From Burkholderiales bacterium (GTDB lineage: Bacteria; Pseudomonadota; Gammaproteobacteria; Burkholderiales; Ga0077523), in NCBI GenBank assembly GCA_965279325.1, contig OZ257154.1, forward strand, positions 3,649,340-3,713,339: a stretch of DNA of 64,000 nt, in the 5' to 3' direction. The number at the start of each line of letters is the position of its first letter. The first letter of the stretch is position 1. Shown here in pieces: positions 36,348 through 45,799 of this stretch. The notes below the pieces were generated by a model. That model worked only from the letters and a program-made list of their open reading frames with translations, did no database searches and had not been told where the DNA came from. A program made the position numbers and the translations under genes.

Positions 36348-37322
36348 TCAGTGCAGCCGCGGCTTCTTCAGGAGGTCGCTGCGGTCGGCCGAGTGCACCC
36401 GGATGCGCACCAGCGCGCCGTCACGGCCGAGCGTGAGCGCCACTTCCGTGCCGGACGTGCCGAGGTGCCACACCCTGCGCAGGAAATCGGCGAGCGACGA
36501 GACTCTTTCCGCCGCCACTTCCAGCACCAGGTCGCCCGGTTGCACGCCGGCCAGCTGCGCCGGTCCGCCTTCCGCGAGCCCGGCCACCACGAGCTGCCCG
36601 TCGGCTTCCTGCGTGTACATGCCCAGCCACGGCCGCGCGGGAATCGACGAACGGCCCGTCGTGACCAGGTCGTCGAGGATCGGCGCGAGGAGTTCCACGG
36701 GCACGAACATGTTGCCCTGCACCGCCTTGCCTTCCACCTCCTCCTGCACCAGCAGCGAGCCGATGCCGATCACCTTGCCGTCGATGTCGATGAGCGGGGC
36801 GCCGCTCCAGTGCGGGTGGGCGGGAATGGTGAACAGCGCTTCGTCGAGCAGGTACTCCCAGTAGCCCGCGAACTCCCGCTTGTCGTGCATGCGAGCCCGG
36901 AGCGCGTGCCCGCGGCCGCCATGCCCTGCCACGAAGACGTCGTCGCCGACGTTGACCGTCGAGGCCGTGCCGCGCGGCAGCGGTGCGACGCCGAGCTTGC
37001 CGAGCGGCAGGATCAGCCCGAAGCCCGTGGCGAAGTCGTAGGCGAGCGGATGCCCCTGCACGACCGTGCCGCGGTTGGTGGTGAGCCAGATCGATTCGGC
37101 CTCGGTGATGAGATAACCGATGGTGAGCGTGAGTCCGTCTTCGCGGATCACGGCGCCGCTGCCGAAGCGTTCGGTGCCCAGGATGGAGGCGGTGAACGCG
37201 TCCTCGGGGATCTCTGCGCGCAGCTTCACCACGCCGTCGAGCGTGGAGGTGAGATCGAAGCGCAGTTCCCCTGCGTTGGGTTGCAATTCGGGCGGGAAGG
37301 CCCAGCTATCGGGTTCGGCCAT
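36348..37322 (-). CDS. trypsin-like (S1C/DegP-like) domain + PDZ protein, cytoplasmic, with apparently degenerate catalytic triad
   Basis: GSGAVIREDGLTLTIGYLI, GFGLILP and HWSGAPLIDIDGKVIGIGS align to the DegP His, Asp and Ser boxes. C-terminal PDZ-like GLAEGGPAQLAGVQPGDLVLEV. No signal peptide. Confidence 0.7.
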   Translation of the reverse strand: MAEPDSWAFPPELQPNAGELRFDLTSTLDGVVKLRAEIPEDAFTASILGTERFGSGAVIREDGLTLTIGYLITEAESIWLTTNRGTVVQGHPLAYDFATGFGLILPLGKLGVAPLPRGTASTVNVGDDVFVAGHGGRGHALRARMHDKREFAGYWEYLLDEALFTIPAHPHWSGAPLIDIDGKVIGIGSLLVQEEVEGKAVQGNMFVPVELLAPILDDLVTTGRSSIPARPWLGMYTQEADGQLVVAGLAEGGPAQLAGVQPGDLVLEVAAERVSSLADFLRRVWHLGTSGTEVALTLGRDGALVRIRVHSADRSDLLKKPRLH

Positions 37323-37407
37323 GGCGACGCGATCTTACTGGACGCGCGGGATCGATGGCGCGGTTGCTGTCAGAATTCCCGTTGCGGTCAAACGAAAGGG
37401 CTCACGG

Positions 37408-38262
37408 ATGCAAACGGTCACGCTGCCCGAAGGGGAAAAGGTCCCGGCGCTGGGTCTTGGCACCTGGCGCATGGGGGAACACTCGCGCACACGCGCGCAG
37501 GAGATCACCGCTGTCCGTCTTGCCGTCGAGATGGGCTATCGCCTGATCGACACGGCTGAAATGTACGGCGAAGGCGGCGCCGAGGAGGTCATCGGTGCAG
37601 CGCTGGCCGAACTGTTCGCGGCGGGCACCGTGCGGCGGGAGGACCTTTTCATCGTCAGCAAGGTCTATCCGCAGAACGCCAGCCGCCAGGGTGCGGTCGC
37701 CGCGTGCGAGCGGAGCCTGCAACGGCTCGGTCTCGATCGCATCGACCTCTATCTGTTGCACTGGCGCGGCCAGCACCCGCTCGCCGCCACTGTCCAGGGG
37801 TTCGAGGCGCTGAAGGCCTCGGGCCGCATCCGTCATTGGGGCGTGAGCAATTTCGATACGAGCGACATGGAAGAGCTGTGGGGCACCAAGGGCGGACAAG
37901 CCTGCACGGCCAACCAGGTGTATTACTCGGCGTCGGAGCGTGGCGCGGAATTCGACCTGTTGCCCTGGCTGCGCAAGCACCGGGTGCCGCTGATGGCTTA
38001 CTGTCCCATCGACCAGGGCGCCGCGGCCAATGACAAGACGTTCGCCGGGATCGGCAGGAAGCTCGGCGCCAGCGCCGCCCAGGTTGCCCTCGCCTGGACA
38101 CTGCGCGACCCCGGCGTGATCGCCATTCCCAAGTCCGTCCGCGAAGCCCATCTGCGCGAAAATCTCGGCGCGGCGGAACTCGCCCTTTCCGCCGAAGACC
38201 TCGCCGCCATCGACCGCGTGTTTCCGCGCCCGAAACGCAAGGGCCCGTTGGCGATGACCTGA
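37408..38262 (+). CDS. aldo/keto reductase
   Basis: ORF track 37120..38262, trimmed to MQTVTLPEGEKVPALGLGTW at 37408. IDTAEMYG, LYLLHW and GVSNF blocks. Confidence 0.9.
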   Translation: MQTVTLPEGEKVPALGLGTWRMGEHSRTRAQEITAVRLAVEMGYRLIDTAEMYGEGGAEEVIGAALAELFAAGTVRREDLFIVSKVYPQNASRQGAVAACERSLQRLGLDRIDLYLLHWRGQHPLAATVQGFEALKASGRIRHWGVSNFDTSDMEELWGTKGGQACTANQVYYSASERGAEFDLLPWLRKHRVPLMAYCPIDQGAAANDKTFAGIGRKLGASAAQVALAWTLRDPGVIAIPKSVREAHLRENLGAAELALSAEDLAAIDRVFPRPKRKGPLAMT

Positions 38263-38288
38263 ACCGTTCCCCCACTGATTGCCCACCC

Positions 38289-38777
38289 ATGCTCGACGCC
38301 ATCCGCGACTTCTTCGACAAACACATGAGCGCATCCGCCGCGCCGGACGCAGGACGCCACTCCATCGAGGTCGCCACGGCGGCGCTGCTGGTGGAGGTGG
38401 TGCGGATGGACGGCGACATCGAGCCAGCGGAGCGCACCGCGGTCCTGCACGCGGTGCACGCGAACTTCGGTTTGTCCGGGGCGGAAGCGGACGCGTTGAT
38501 CCGTCTGGCCGAGCAGGAGGCCCGGCAGGCTTCGGACCTCTACCAGTTCACCTCGTTGCTCAACCGCAACTTCTCCGCGGAACAGAAGGAGCAGGTCATC
38601 GAGCATCTCTGGCGCGTGGCGTTCGCCGATTCCGAGCTCAGTGCCTGGGAGCAGCATCTCGTGCGCAAGGTGGCGGACCTGCTGTACGTGCCGCACAGCT
38701 CGTACATCGCGGCCAAGCTGCGTGCTCGCGACGCTGCGGGTGTGAAGTCCGCGATCGACGACCGCGGAAACACCTGA
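38289..38777 (+). CDS. TerB-family (tellurite-resistance-like) protein
   Basis: EVATAALLVEVVRMDGDIEPAERTAV and EHLWRVAFADSELSAWEQHLVRKVADLL resemble the TerB fold repeats. Confidence 0.7.
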   Translation: MLDAIRDFFDKHMSASAAPDAGRHSIEVATAALLVEVVRMDGDIEPAERTAVLHAVHANFGLSGAEADALIRLAEQEARQASDLYQFTSLLNRNFSAEQKEQVIEHLWRVAFADSELSAWEQHLVRKVADLLYVPHSSYIAAKLRARDAAGVKSAIDDRGNT

Positions 38778-38802
38778 CCGACGGGCTTCGCCCGGCCGTC
38801 GC

Positions 38803-39402
38803 CTAAGGCCGGCGTCGCGCGGAGAAGGCGATTACGCCGAGCCCGAGCGCCAGCAGTAGCCAGGTGGATGGTTCCGGCACCGCGAGCACGTCGATCGCGA
38901 TTTCGTAGCCGACCTTGCCAGCGCTGTTCAAGGCCAGAACCTCCGTGAGCAGTGTCAGGTTGTAGCTCTCGGCACCGAGCAAGAGGGGGGCCGACGAGAA
39001 CACGACCGGTCCGTCCGGGCGGCCGGCGATCGGCAGATCGAGGATGGGCGTCGGGTTCGACGAACTGGTGGTATCGAGCACCAGGCGGGAACCCTGGTTG
39101 ATCGCGACCGGATTGAACGGATCCGCGTTGGTGGCGAACGTGATTCGAATCGCCGTGATCGTCTCGAGCGGGCCGACGTCCAGCACCACCGTATCGCCGC
39201 CATCACCCGGCGTGCCGAAGGTGCCGCGGAACAGATTGGTGCCGCCTTCGAGCGCGAAAGTGACCGGCGGAATCAGCAGCAGGAGATTGTTGTAGTCGCC
39301 GTCGGCACCCGGGTAGGTGGCCTCGTCCACGTCGATTGCCGCGTGGGCCGAGCCTGCCAGCACGATTGTCAGGGCTGCAGCGAGAGCTAGTTTCTTGTTC
39401 AT
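38803..39402 (-). CDS. PEP-CTERM sorting-domain secreted protein, function unknown
   Basis: C-terminal 199 aa of ORF 38803..40254, starting at MNKKLALAAALTIVLAGSAHA (ATG 39402, GGAGG upstream). C-terminus AVPEPSTWLLLALGLGVIAFSARRRP. Confidence 0.8.
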   Translation of the reverse strand: MNKKLALAAALTIVLAGSAHAAIDVDEATYPGADGDYNNLLLLIPPVTFALEGGTNLFRGTFGTPGDGGDTVVLDVGPLETITAIRITFATNADPFNPVAINQGSRLVLDTTSSSNPTPILDLPIAGRPDGPVVFSSAPLLLGAESYNLTLLTEVLALNSAGKVGYEIAIDVLAVPEPSTWLLLALGLGVIAFSARRRP

Positions 39403-39525
39403 CGAACGGCCTCCATGCGGGAGCTGCATCGTCTCGATGCACGCGAAAACTGTACGCCCGCCGACCGCGGTTGCACCAGACATTCCTGCAACCGTGCAGA
39501 ATTCGGGAACAGCAAAACGGAGGAG

Positions 39526-40752
39526 ATGCTCTTGAGTTCTGCAATGCAGCCGGTGACGGACTCGGCGACGGCGTGGTGGCGTCTGGTGGCCGGATTGACG
39601 CTTTCCACCATCGGCGGCGTGGGCATGTGGTCGGTGGTCGTGGCACTGCCGACGGTACAGGCCGAATTCGGCGTCGCGCGTGGCGACGCATCGCTGCCGT
39701 ACACGCTCACGATGATCCTGTTCGGCATGGGCGGCATCCTGATGGGTCGCTGGTCCGATCGTTCGGGGATCATGTTTCCGGTGATCGGCGGTGCCTTCGC
39801 GCTCACGCTCGGCTACCTGGTGGCCGGCAGCGCCACGACCCTCTGGCAGTTCGCCATCGTGCAGGGCGTTCTGATCGGTGTCGGCAGTTCGGCGACGTTC
39901 GCGCCGCTGCTGGCCGATACGTCGCAGTGGTTCGTGCGTCGCCGCGGCATCGCGGTGGGCATCTTCGCGAGCGGCAACTATCTCGCGGGTACCATCTGGC
40001 CGCCGATCGTGCAGCACTTCATCGCGACCGCCGGCTGGCGCAGCACCTATTTCGGCATCGGTCTGTTCTGCCTGGCGACGATGCTGCCGCTTTCCCTGGC
40101 GCTCCGGCGCCGTCCGCCGGCGCATGAAACTTCGGTGACATCCGGTGGCGTGAAGTCGCCCGAATCGCTCGGCCTGTCGCCGCGTGCCCTGCAGGTGCTG
40201 CTGTTCATCGCCGGCTTTGCCTGCTGCGTGGCCATGTCGATGCCGCAGGTCCACATCGTCGCCTACTGCTCGGACCTCGGCTACGGTCCCGCCCGCGGCG
40301 CGCAGATGCTCTCGCTGATGCTGGCGTGCGGCATCGTGAGCCGGCTCACCTTCGGCTGGATCTCCGATCGCGTCGGCGGCCTGCGCACGCTGATCCTCGG
40401 CTCCGCACTCCAGGGTCTCGCGCTGCTGCTGTTCATCCCGTTCAACGGCCTCGTATCGCTATATGCGATCTCCGCCATGTTCGGCCTGTTCCAGGGCGGC
40501 ATCGTCCCTGCCTACGCGATCATCATCCGCGAGTATTTTTCGCCGAAGGAAGCGGGTGCACGGGTAGGCGCGACGATCACCGCCACCATCTTCGGTATGG
40601 CCTTCGGCGGCTGGATGTCGGGCGTGATCTTCGACCTGACCGGTTCCTACCGGGTCGCGTTCGTGCACGGCGTGCTCTGGAACGCGCTCAACCTCGCGAT
40701 AGCGGGGTTCCTGCTGATGCGCCTGGGTCGGCGCGTACTCGTTCGGGCCTGA
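39526..40752 (+). CDS. MFS transporter (oxalate/formate-antiporter-like)
   Basis: ORF track 39415..40752. The start is ambiguous: ATG 39526, TTG 39532 (6 nt after GGAGGAG) or ATG 39544. About 12 TM segments. GRWSDRSG loop motif. Confidence 0.8.
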   Translation: MLLSSAMQPVTDSATAWWRLVAGLTLSTIGGVGMWSVVVALPTVQAEFGVARGDASLPYTLTMILFGMGGILMGRWSDRSGIMFPVIGGAFALTLGYLVAGSATTLWQFAIVQGVLIGVGSSATFAPLLADTSQWFVRRRGIAVGIFASGNYLAGTIWPPIVQHFIATAGWRSTYFGIGLFCLATMLPLSLALRRRPPAHETSVTSGGVKSPESLGLSPRALQVLLFIAGFACCVAMSMPQVHIVAYCSDLGYGPARGAQMLSLMLACGIVSRLTFGWISDRVGGLRTLILGSALQGLALLLFIPFNGLVSLYAISAMFGLFQGGIVPAYAIIIREYFSPKEAGARVGATITATIFGMAFGGWMSGVIFDLTGSYRVAFVHGVLWNALNLAIAGFLLMRLGRRVLVRA

Positions 40753-40760
40753 TCCGTGGA

Positions 40761-40794
40761 GCGGGCGGGTTCCGCTGACGCGGAACCCGCCCGC
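40761..40794. terminator. perfect 15-bp stem-loop between convergent genes (possible bidirectional terminator)
   Basis: GCGGGCGGGTTCCGC, loop TGAC, GCGGAACCCGCCCGC. No U-tract. Confidence 0.4.
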
Positions 40795-40803
40795 GAGAGA
40801 CCG

Positions 40804-41475
40804 TCACGCCGCGTCCCGGGTATCCCGCAGGCGCCGGACGAGTCGATCGAGATAGCGATCCGAGATCCCGTGACTGGCCAATGCCGTGGCCGTCTCGATG
40901 AGGTAGTCGGCGCACGCGCCGTAGTGACCGCTGGCGCGCAAGGCGACCGAGACGATCTGGTCGTCGGCAAGACGGCCCGAATACGCCGGGTGCGTGCGAT
41001 CGACGACGAAGGCGATGGCGCGCACCGGTCCCTCTGCCGTCCGCACGTCGAACCAGCGCGGACGGTAGGCGCCCAGCACCATCTCGCGCCGCCACAGCAG
41101 GCGAAGGTCTTCCTCCTGGGTGCGTTCATCGAGGCGGTAGGCGATCCCGCCGCATTGGCCGCCGCGGTCGATGGCGAGGACGAGCCCCGGTGTTTCCGGC
41201 GTGCCGCGGTTCACCTGCGACCAGAGATAGAAGCCCCGATGGACGCCGAAGGCGCGCGCGACCCGACGCTCCGCGAAATGGAACAGCGGGTTCCAGATCA
41301 GCGACCCGTATCCGAACACCCAGACCGGTGCGCCTGGCCGCAGCAGTGCCATGGTGCTGGCGAGTGACGCATCGACGGCGTCGTCGGGCATCAACAGGTG
41401 GCCGTGACCGGCGGCACGCATGGCGGCCCGGACACCGTCGGCCTGAAGGACGCTGCGGTCGATCTTGGAACTCAC
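40804..41475 (-). CDS. chaC: ChaC-family gamma-glutamylcyclotransferase
   Basis: 3' part of ORF 40804..42750. PVWVFGYGSLIWNP, LVLAIDRGGQCGGIAYRL and LWRREM blocks. The start is uncertain: GTG 41475 gives the N-terminal length expected from E. coli ChaC, and ATG 41421 is the alternative. Confidence 0.8.
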   Translation of the reverse strand: MSSKIDRSVLQADGVRAAMRAAGHGHLLMPDDAVDASLASTMALLRPGAPVWVFGYGSLIWNPLFHFAERRVARAFGVHRGFYLWSQVNRGTPETPGLVLAIDRGGQCGGIAYRLDERTQEEDLRLLWRREMVLGAYRPRWFDVRTAEGPVRAIAFVVDRTHPAYSGRLADDQIVSVALRASGHYGACADYLIETATALASHGISDRYLDRLVRRLRDTRDAA

Positions 41476-41592
41476 ACCCACGATCTTGCCACTGTATTCG
41501 CACCCGCGATATCGGACCGAGCCTGCGGTATGCTGTGCGGCCCCGGCGCGCGGGAGTGCGGCCGGGCCTCGCCAACGATCCGAGATTTCGTC

Positions 41593-42960
41593 ATGCCCGA
41601 CAACGTCCACGACAGCATCCTCGGCACCATCGGCCGCACGCCGCTGGTCCGCCTCAACCACATCGTCCGCGATGTGAAGGCCACGGTGTACGCGAAGGTG
41701 GAGACCTTCAATCCCGGTCACAGCATCAAGGACCGCATGGCGCTCAAGATGATCGAGGAGGCCGAGCGCAAGGGGCATCTCAAGCCCGGCAGCACCATCA
41801 TCGAGGGTACCAGCGGCAACACCGGCATGGGGCTCGCGATCGCGGCCATCGTGAAGGGCTACAAGTGCATCTTCACCACCACCGACAAGCAGTCGCGGGA
41901 GAAGGTGGACGCCCTGCGAGCGTTCGGTGCCGAGGTGATCGTCTGCCCGACCGACGTGGAACCCGAGGATCCGCGCTCCTATTACTCGGTGTCGTCGCGG
42001 CTGGTGAAGGAAACGCCGAACGCGTGGAAGGCCAACCAGTACGACAACCTCAGCAACTCGCAGGCGCACTACGAAAGCACCGGACCGGAAATCTGGGCGC
42101 AGACGGAAGGCCGCATCGACCACCTGCTGGTGGGCGTAGGCACCGGCGGCACCATCTGCGGCACCGGTCGCTACCTCAAGGAGAAGAAGCCCGGCGTGAA
42201 GGTGTGGGGCATCGACACCTATGGCTCCGTGTTCAAGAAATACAAGGAGACCGGCGTCTTCGACAAGCAGGAGATCTATCCGTACGTGACCGAAGGCATC
42301 GGCGAAGACTTCCTGCCGGAGAACGTGGACTTCTCCGTCATCGACCACTTCGAGAAGGTGACGGATCGCGACGCCGCCATCTGGACGCGCGAGATCGTCA
42401 AGCAGGAAGGCATCTGGGTCGGCAATTCCGCCGGCTCCGCCATCGCCGGACTGCTGCAACTCAAGGACCGGTTCCGTGCAGGCGAGACCGTCGTGGTGAT
42501 CTTCCACGATCACGGCACGCGCTACGTCGGCAAGATGTTCAATCCGGAGTGGATGCGCATGATGGGCTACGAGACCGTCGAGGGCCCGACCGCGCGCGAT
42601 CTGGTCAAGAACAAGAAGGTGACCGACGTCGTCGGCGTCGAGGACACGGACACCGTGGACCAGGCGGTCCTTCGCATGCGCACGAACGATTTCTCGCAGA
42701 TCCCGATCACGCGGCACGAGCGCATCGTCGGCTCGCTGTCCGAGCTGCACGCCTACGCGTCCATCGTGAAGGATCCGAAGGTGCGCAGCGCGCCGGTGCG
42801 CTCGATCATGGGCGCGCCATTCCGCTACGTAGACATCGAGACGCCGCTGCCGCTGCTCGCGCCGATGATCACGCCCGAAAGTCCCGCCGTCCTGGTGCGC
42901 GACTTTCCGGCCGGGAAGACCTACATCCTCACGGGGTACGACGTACTGGCGGCGATGTAG
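41593..42960 (+). CDS. cystathionine beta-synthase-type PLP enzyme with C-terminal CBS-domain pair
   Basis: ORF track 41398..42960, trimmed to MPDNVHDSILG at 41593. PLP-Lys block NPGHSIKDRMA, GTSGNTG, GVGTGGTI. C-terminal about 120 aa is CBS-like. Confidence 0.85.
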   Translation: MPDNVHDSILGTIGRTPLVRLNHIVRDVKATVYAKVETFNPGHSIKDRMALKMIEEAERKGHLKPGSTIIEGTSGNTGMGLAIAAIVKGYKCIFTTTDKQSREKVDALRAFGAEVIVCPTDVEPEDPRSYYSVSSRLVKETPNAWKANQYDNLSNSQAHYESTGPEIWAQTEGRIDHLLVGVGTGGTICGTGRYLKEKKPGVKVWGIDTYGSVFKKYKETGVFDKQEIYPYVTEGIGEDFLPENVDFSVIDHFEKVTDRDAAIWTREIVKQEGIWVGNSAGSAIAGLLQLKDRFRAGETVVVIFHDHGTRYVGKMFNPEWMRMMGYETVEGPTARDLVKNKKVTDVVGVEDTDTVDQAVLRMRTNDFSQIPITRHERIVGSLSELHAYASIVKDPKVRSAPVRSIMGAPFRYVDIETPLPLLAPMITPESPAVLVRDFPAGKTYILTGYDVLAAM

Positions 42961-43981
42961 CGCCGAGCTCGTACCAGGCGCGGCTGCCGTTCACCGCGCG
43001 CACCACGAGCAGCATCATCGGCACTTCGATCAGCACGCCCACCACGGTCGCGAGGGCGGCGCCGGATTCGAAGCCGAACAGGCTGATGGCTGCCGCCACG
43101 GCCAGCTCGAAGAAATTCGACGCGCCGATGAGCGCGGAGGGGCAGGCGACGCTGTGTGCTTCGCCGGCCCAGCGGTTCAGGCCGTAGGCGAGCGACGCGT
43201 TGAACACGACCTGCACGATGATGGGCACCGCGAGCAGCGCGATCACGAGCGGCTGTTCCAGGATGCGGCCACCCTGGAAAGCGAACAGCAGCACGAGCGT
43301 GAGCAGCAGCGCGCCGATGGACCACGGCTGTAGCCTCGCGAGCAGCGCATCCAGGGCTGCCGGTCCGCCTCGCGCAAGGATTGCCTTGCGCCACACCTGC
43401 GCCGCGATCACCGGCACCACGATGTAGAGCACGACCGACGTGAGCAGTGTGTCCCACGGGACACTGATCGAGGCCACGCCGAGCAGCAGCGCGACGATCG
43501 GCGCGAACGCGAAGATCATGATCGTGTCGTTGAGCGCCACCTGCGAAAGGGTGAACAGCGGGTCGCCGCGCGTGAGACGGCTCCACACGAACACCATCGC
43601 GGTGCAGGGAGCGGCCGCCAGCAGGATCAACCCGGCCACGTAGCTGTCGATCTGCTCGGCGGGCAGCCACGGCGCGAACAGGTGACGCACGAACAGCCAG
43701 GCGAGCAGCGCCATCGAGAACGGTTTCACCAGCCAGTTCACGAACAGCGTGATGCCGATGCCGCGCGCGTGCCGCTGCACCTGCGCGAGCGCGCCGAAGT
43801 CGACCTTGAGCAGCATCGGCACGATCATCAGCCAGATGAGGGCGCCCACCGGCAGGTTGACGTGCGCCACCTCCATGGCACCGAGGGCGCGCACAGGACC
43901 GGGCAGGATGTGGCCGACGGCAATGCCGGCCACGATGCACAACGCGACCCACAGGCTCAGCCACCGCTCGAACAGCGTCAT
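42929..43981 (-). CDS. acr3: ACR3-family arsenite efflux transporter
   Basis: MTLFERWLSLWVALCIVAGIAVG, AAAPCTAMVFVWS and SNFFELAVAAAISLFG blocks. The 3' end overlaps the convergent CBS gene by 32 nt. Confidence 0.9.
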   Translation of the reverse strand: MTLFERWLSLWVALCIVAGIAVGHILPGPVRALGAMEVAHVNLPVGALIWLMIVPMLLKVDFGALAQVQRHARGIGITLFVNWLVKPFSMALLAWLFVRHLFAPWLPAEQIDSYVAGLILLAAAPCTAMVFVWSRLTRGDPLFTLSQVALNDTIMIFAFAPIVALLLGVASISVPWDTLLTSVVLYIVVPVIAAQVWRKAILARGGPAALDALLARLQPWSIGALLLTLVLLFAFQGGRILEQPLVIALLAVPIIVQVVFNASLAYGLNRWAGEAHSVACPSALIGASNFFELAVAAAISLFGFESGAALATVVGVLIEVPMMLLVVRAVNGSRAWYELGATSPPVRRTP

Positions 43982-43997
43982 CGACTTTGGTGGGGGT

Positions 43998-44459
43998 TCA
44001 GCCTGCGAGTTCGGCCGGCGCGATACGCTTCATCATGAGCGCGGCGCTGTCCGGGCACAGCGACGCGAACTCGCGAGTCTGCCGAACGGCCTGCGGTGCG
44101 GTGTTCCGTTCGGCGCGCGAATAGCCGAGTTGCTCGAAGAATCGTGCCGCGGTGTTCGTGAGCAGGTAGATCGCACCAACTCCCCGTGAGCGGGCGCACT
44201 GCTCCGCCGCATGCACCAGTGCCCTGCCTATCCCGCGCGAGCGAAAGGCGGGATCGACCGCGAGCGATCGGAGCAATGCCACTTCTCCATGCAGTTCGAC
44301 ACCGCCGACCCCTTCGAGTGCATCGGGCGAACCGATGCCGAAGAACGTTTCGAGATGGGCACTCGAAAGATCTGCCGTCGGCAGTCCGGCTTCGCTCAAC
44401 AGGCGAACGACCGCCGTGAGCGGCGGATTGCCGAAGACGGTGATCTCCGCGACGCTCAT
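43998..44459 (-). CDS. arsN2: arsenic-resistance GNAT N-acetyltransferase (ArsN2-type)
   Basis: GNAT core LRSLAVDPAFRSRGIGRALV. Position inside the ars operon. ATGA overlap with the arsC stop. Confidence 0.75.
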   Translation of the reverse strand: MSVAEITVFGNPPLTAVVRLLSEAGLPTADLSSAHLETFFGIGSPDALEGVGGVELHGEVALLRSLAVDPAFRSRGIGRALVHAAEQCARSRGVGAIYLLTNTAARFFEQLGYSRAERNTAPQAVRQTREFASLCPDSAALMMKRIAPAELAG

Positions 44460-44962
44460 GCCTGACCGATGTCGCGCAGCCGCTGCGCCAGCGCGAGCCG
44501 GTCGAGCGACGTGAGCGGAAGGTTCACGAAGAGCTGGATGCGCGTGCGCAGGGTCGTGTAGGCGGTGAGGAAGGCCCGGCGCTTCGCCGCGTCATCACCT
44601 TCCACGGCGGCCGGATCTTCGACACCCCAGTGCGCGGTGATGGGTTGTCCCGGCCAGACCGGACAGACTTCGCCCGCCGCGTTGTCGCAGACCGTGAACA
44701 CGAAGTCGAGTGCCGGTGAGTCGGATTTCGAGAACTCTTCCCAGCTCTTGCTGCGCAAGCTCTCGGTCGCGAGACGATTCTTCTGCAGAATCTCGATCGC
44801 GAGCGGGTTCACCTTGCCCGACGGATGACTGCCGGCGCTGAACGCACGGAAGCGAGCCTTGCCCATGTCCGCGAGCAGGCCTTCCGCGAGGATCGACCGC
44901 GCGGAATTACCCGTGCAGAGGAACAGCACGTTCAACGGCGGGCGGGCGGCTTCCGCGCTCAC
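44456..44962 (-). CDS. arsC: arsenate reductase, LMW-PTPase / thioredoxin-coupled type
   Basis: GTG start. P-loop LFLCTGNSARS and downstream CDNAAGEVCP cysteines. Confidence 0.9.
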   Translation of the reverse strand: MSAEAARPPLNVLFLCTGNSARSILAEGLLADMGKARFRAFSAGSHPSGKVNPLAIEILQKNRLATESLRSKSWEEFSKSDSPALDFVFTVCDNAAGEVCPVWPGQPITAHWGVEDPAAVEGDDAAKRRAFLTAYTTLRTRIQLFVNLPLTSLDRLALAQRLRDIGQA

Positions 44963-44966
44963 GTCT

Positions 44967-45440
44967 TCAGGCCTTGGCTGGCGTGCGCGGCCGTACTTCG
45001 ATCTTCGCGGGTACGGCGGCGGCGGGCGTGCAGCAGGCGGCAGCCTGCTTCGGCTCTTCCGGCGCCCCGTTGAAGGTCGGCACCTCGCCGAGCGTGCGGA
45101 AGGTCTCCCAGGCGATGCCCGTGGGATCCGTCACCCAGTACTTGTTCGAACGCGCGTAGCAGCAAGCCACGCCCTGTTCCGCGACGCCCGCGACCTCGGC
45201 TCGCGCGAGCTGGGCCTGGAGAGCATCCAGCTCCACATCGTCGTCGGTCTGGATGCCGAGATGATTCACGCCCGCCGGGTTGCCCCGCTGCGAGATCGCG
45301 AAATTCACCCGCGGGTCGTCGAGTTGCCACTTGGCGTAGTCGTCCTTCACGACGGTCGGGCTCGAGCCGAACAGGGCGGAATAGAAACGGGTGCTGGCGG
45401 CGAGATCGTCGACCGCCACGTGAACGTGAAAGCGTTTCAT
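44967..45440 (-). CDS. arsI: ArsI/CadI-family VOC metalloenzyme (possible C-As lyase)
   Basis: Trimmed to MKRFHVHVAV at 45440. Glyoxalase/VOC fold with vicinal Cys pair GVACCYA as in ArsI. A second CC pair in the C-terminal tail (AAACCTP). Confidence 0.75.
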   Translation of the reverse strand: MKRFHVHVAVDDLAASTRFYSALFGSSPTVVKDDYAKWQLDDPRVNFAISQRGNPAGVNHLGIQTDDDVELDALQAQLARAEVAGVAEQGVACCYARSNKYWVTDPTGIAWETFRTLGEVPTFNGAPEEPKQAAACCTPAAAVPAKIEVRPRTPAKA

Positions 45441-45799
45441 CCTTTGACCTTTCGCGAAGTGTTGCGGGGCTTTGTGACAGGAACGCACACCGCGCCGGGC
45501 GCGCAGGCAGTGCCGTCGGCGGCACAGCAGTTCTCGGTGAGGAAGGCGAGCAACCGGTTCATCCCCGCATAGTCGGCGGCGTAGTAGATGAACCGGCCGT
45601 CCTGGCGTGAAGTCACCAGGCCGGCATGCGCCAGCTCCTTGAGATGGAAGGACAGCGTGGCCGGGGCGAGCCCCAGTGCCTGGGCGATCTCGCCGGCCGC
45701 CAGGCCGCTTTCACCCTGCTGCACGAGCAGGCGAAATACGCCGAGCCGGGTTTCCTGGGCAAGGGCGGCCAGGGCGAGGACTGCCGTCTTGTTTTCCAT
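45437..45799 (-). CDS. arsR: ArsR-family metalloregulator
   Basis: 3' part of ORF 45437..46162, starting at MENKTAVLALAALAQETRLGVFRLL (ATG 45799). wHTH AGEIAQALGLAPATLSFHLKEL. C-terminal Cys cluster NCCAADGTAC. ATGA overlap with the arsI start. Confidence 0.85.
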   Translation of the reverse strand: MENKTAVLALAALAQETRLGVFRLLVQQGESGLAAGEIAQALGLAPATLSFHLKELAHAGLVTSRQDGRFIYYAADYAGMNRLLAFLTENCCAADGTACAPGAVCVPVTKPRNTSRKVKG

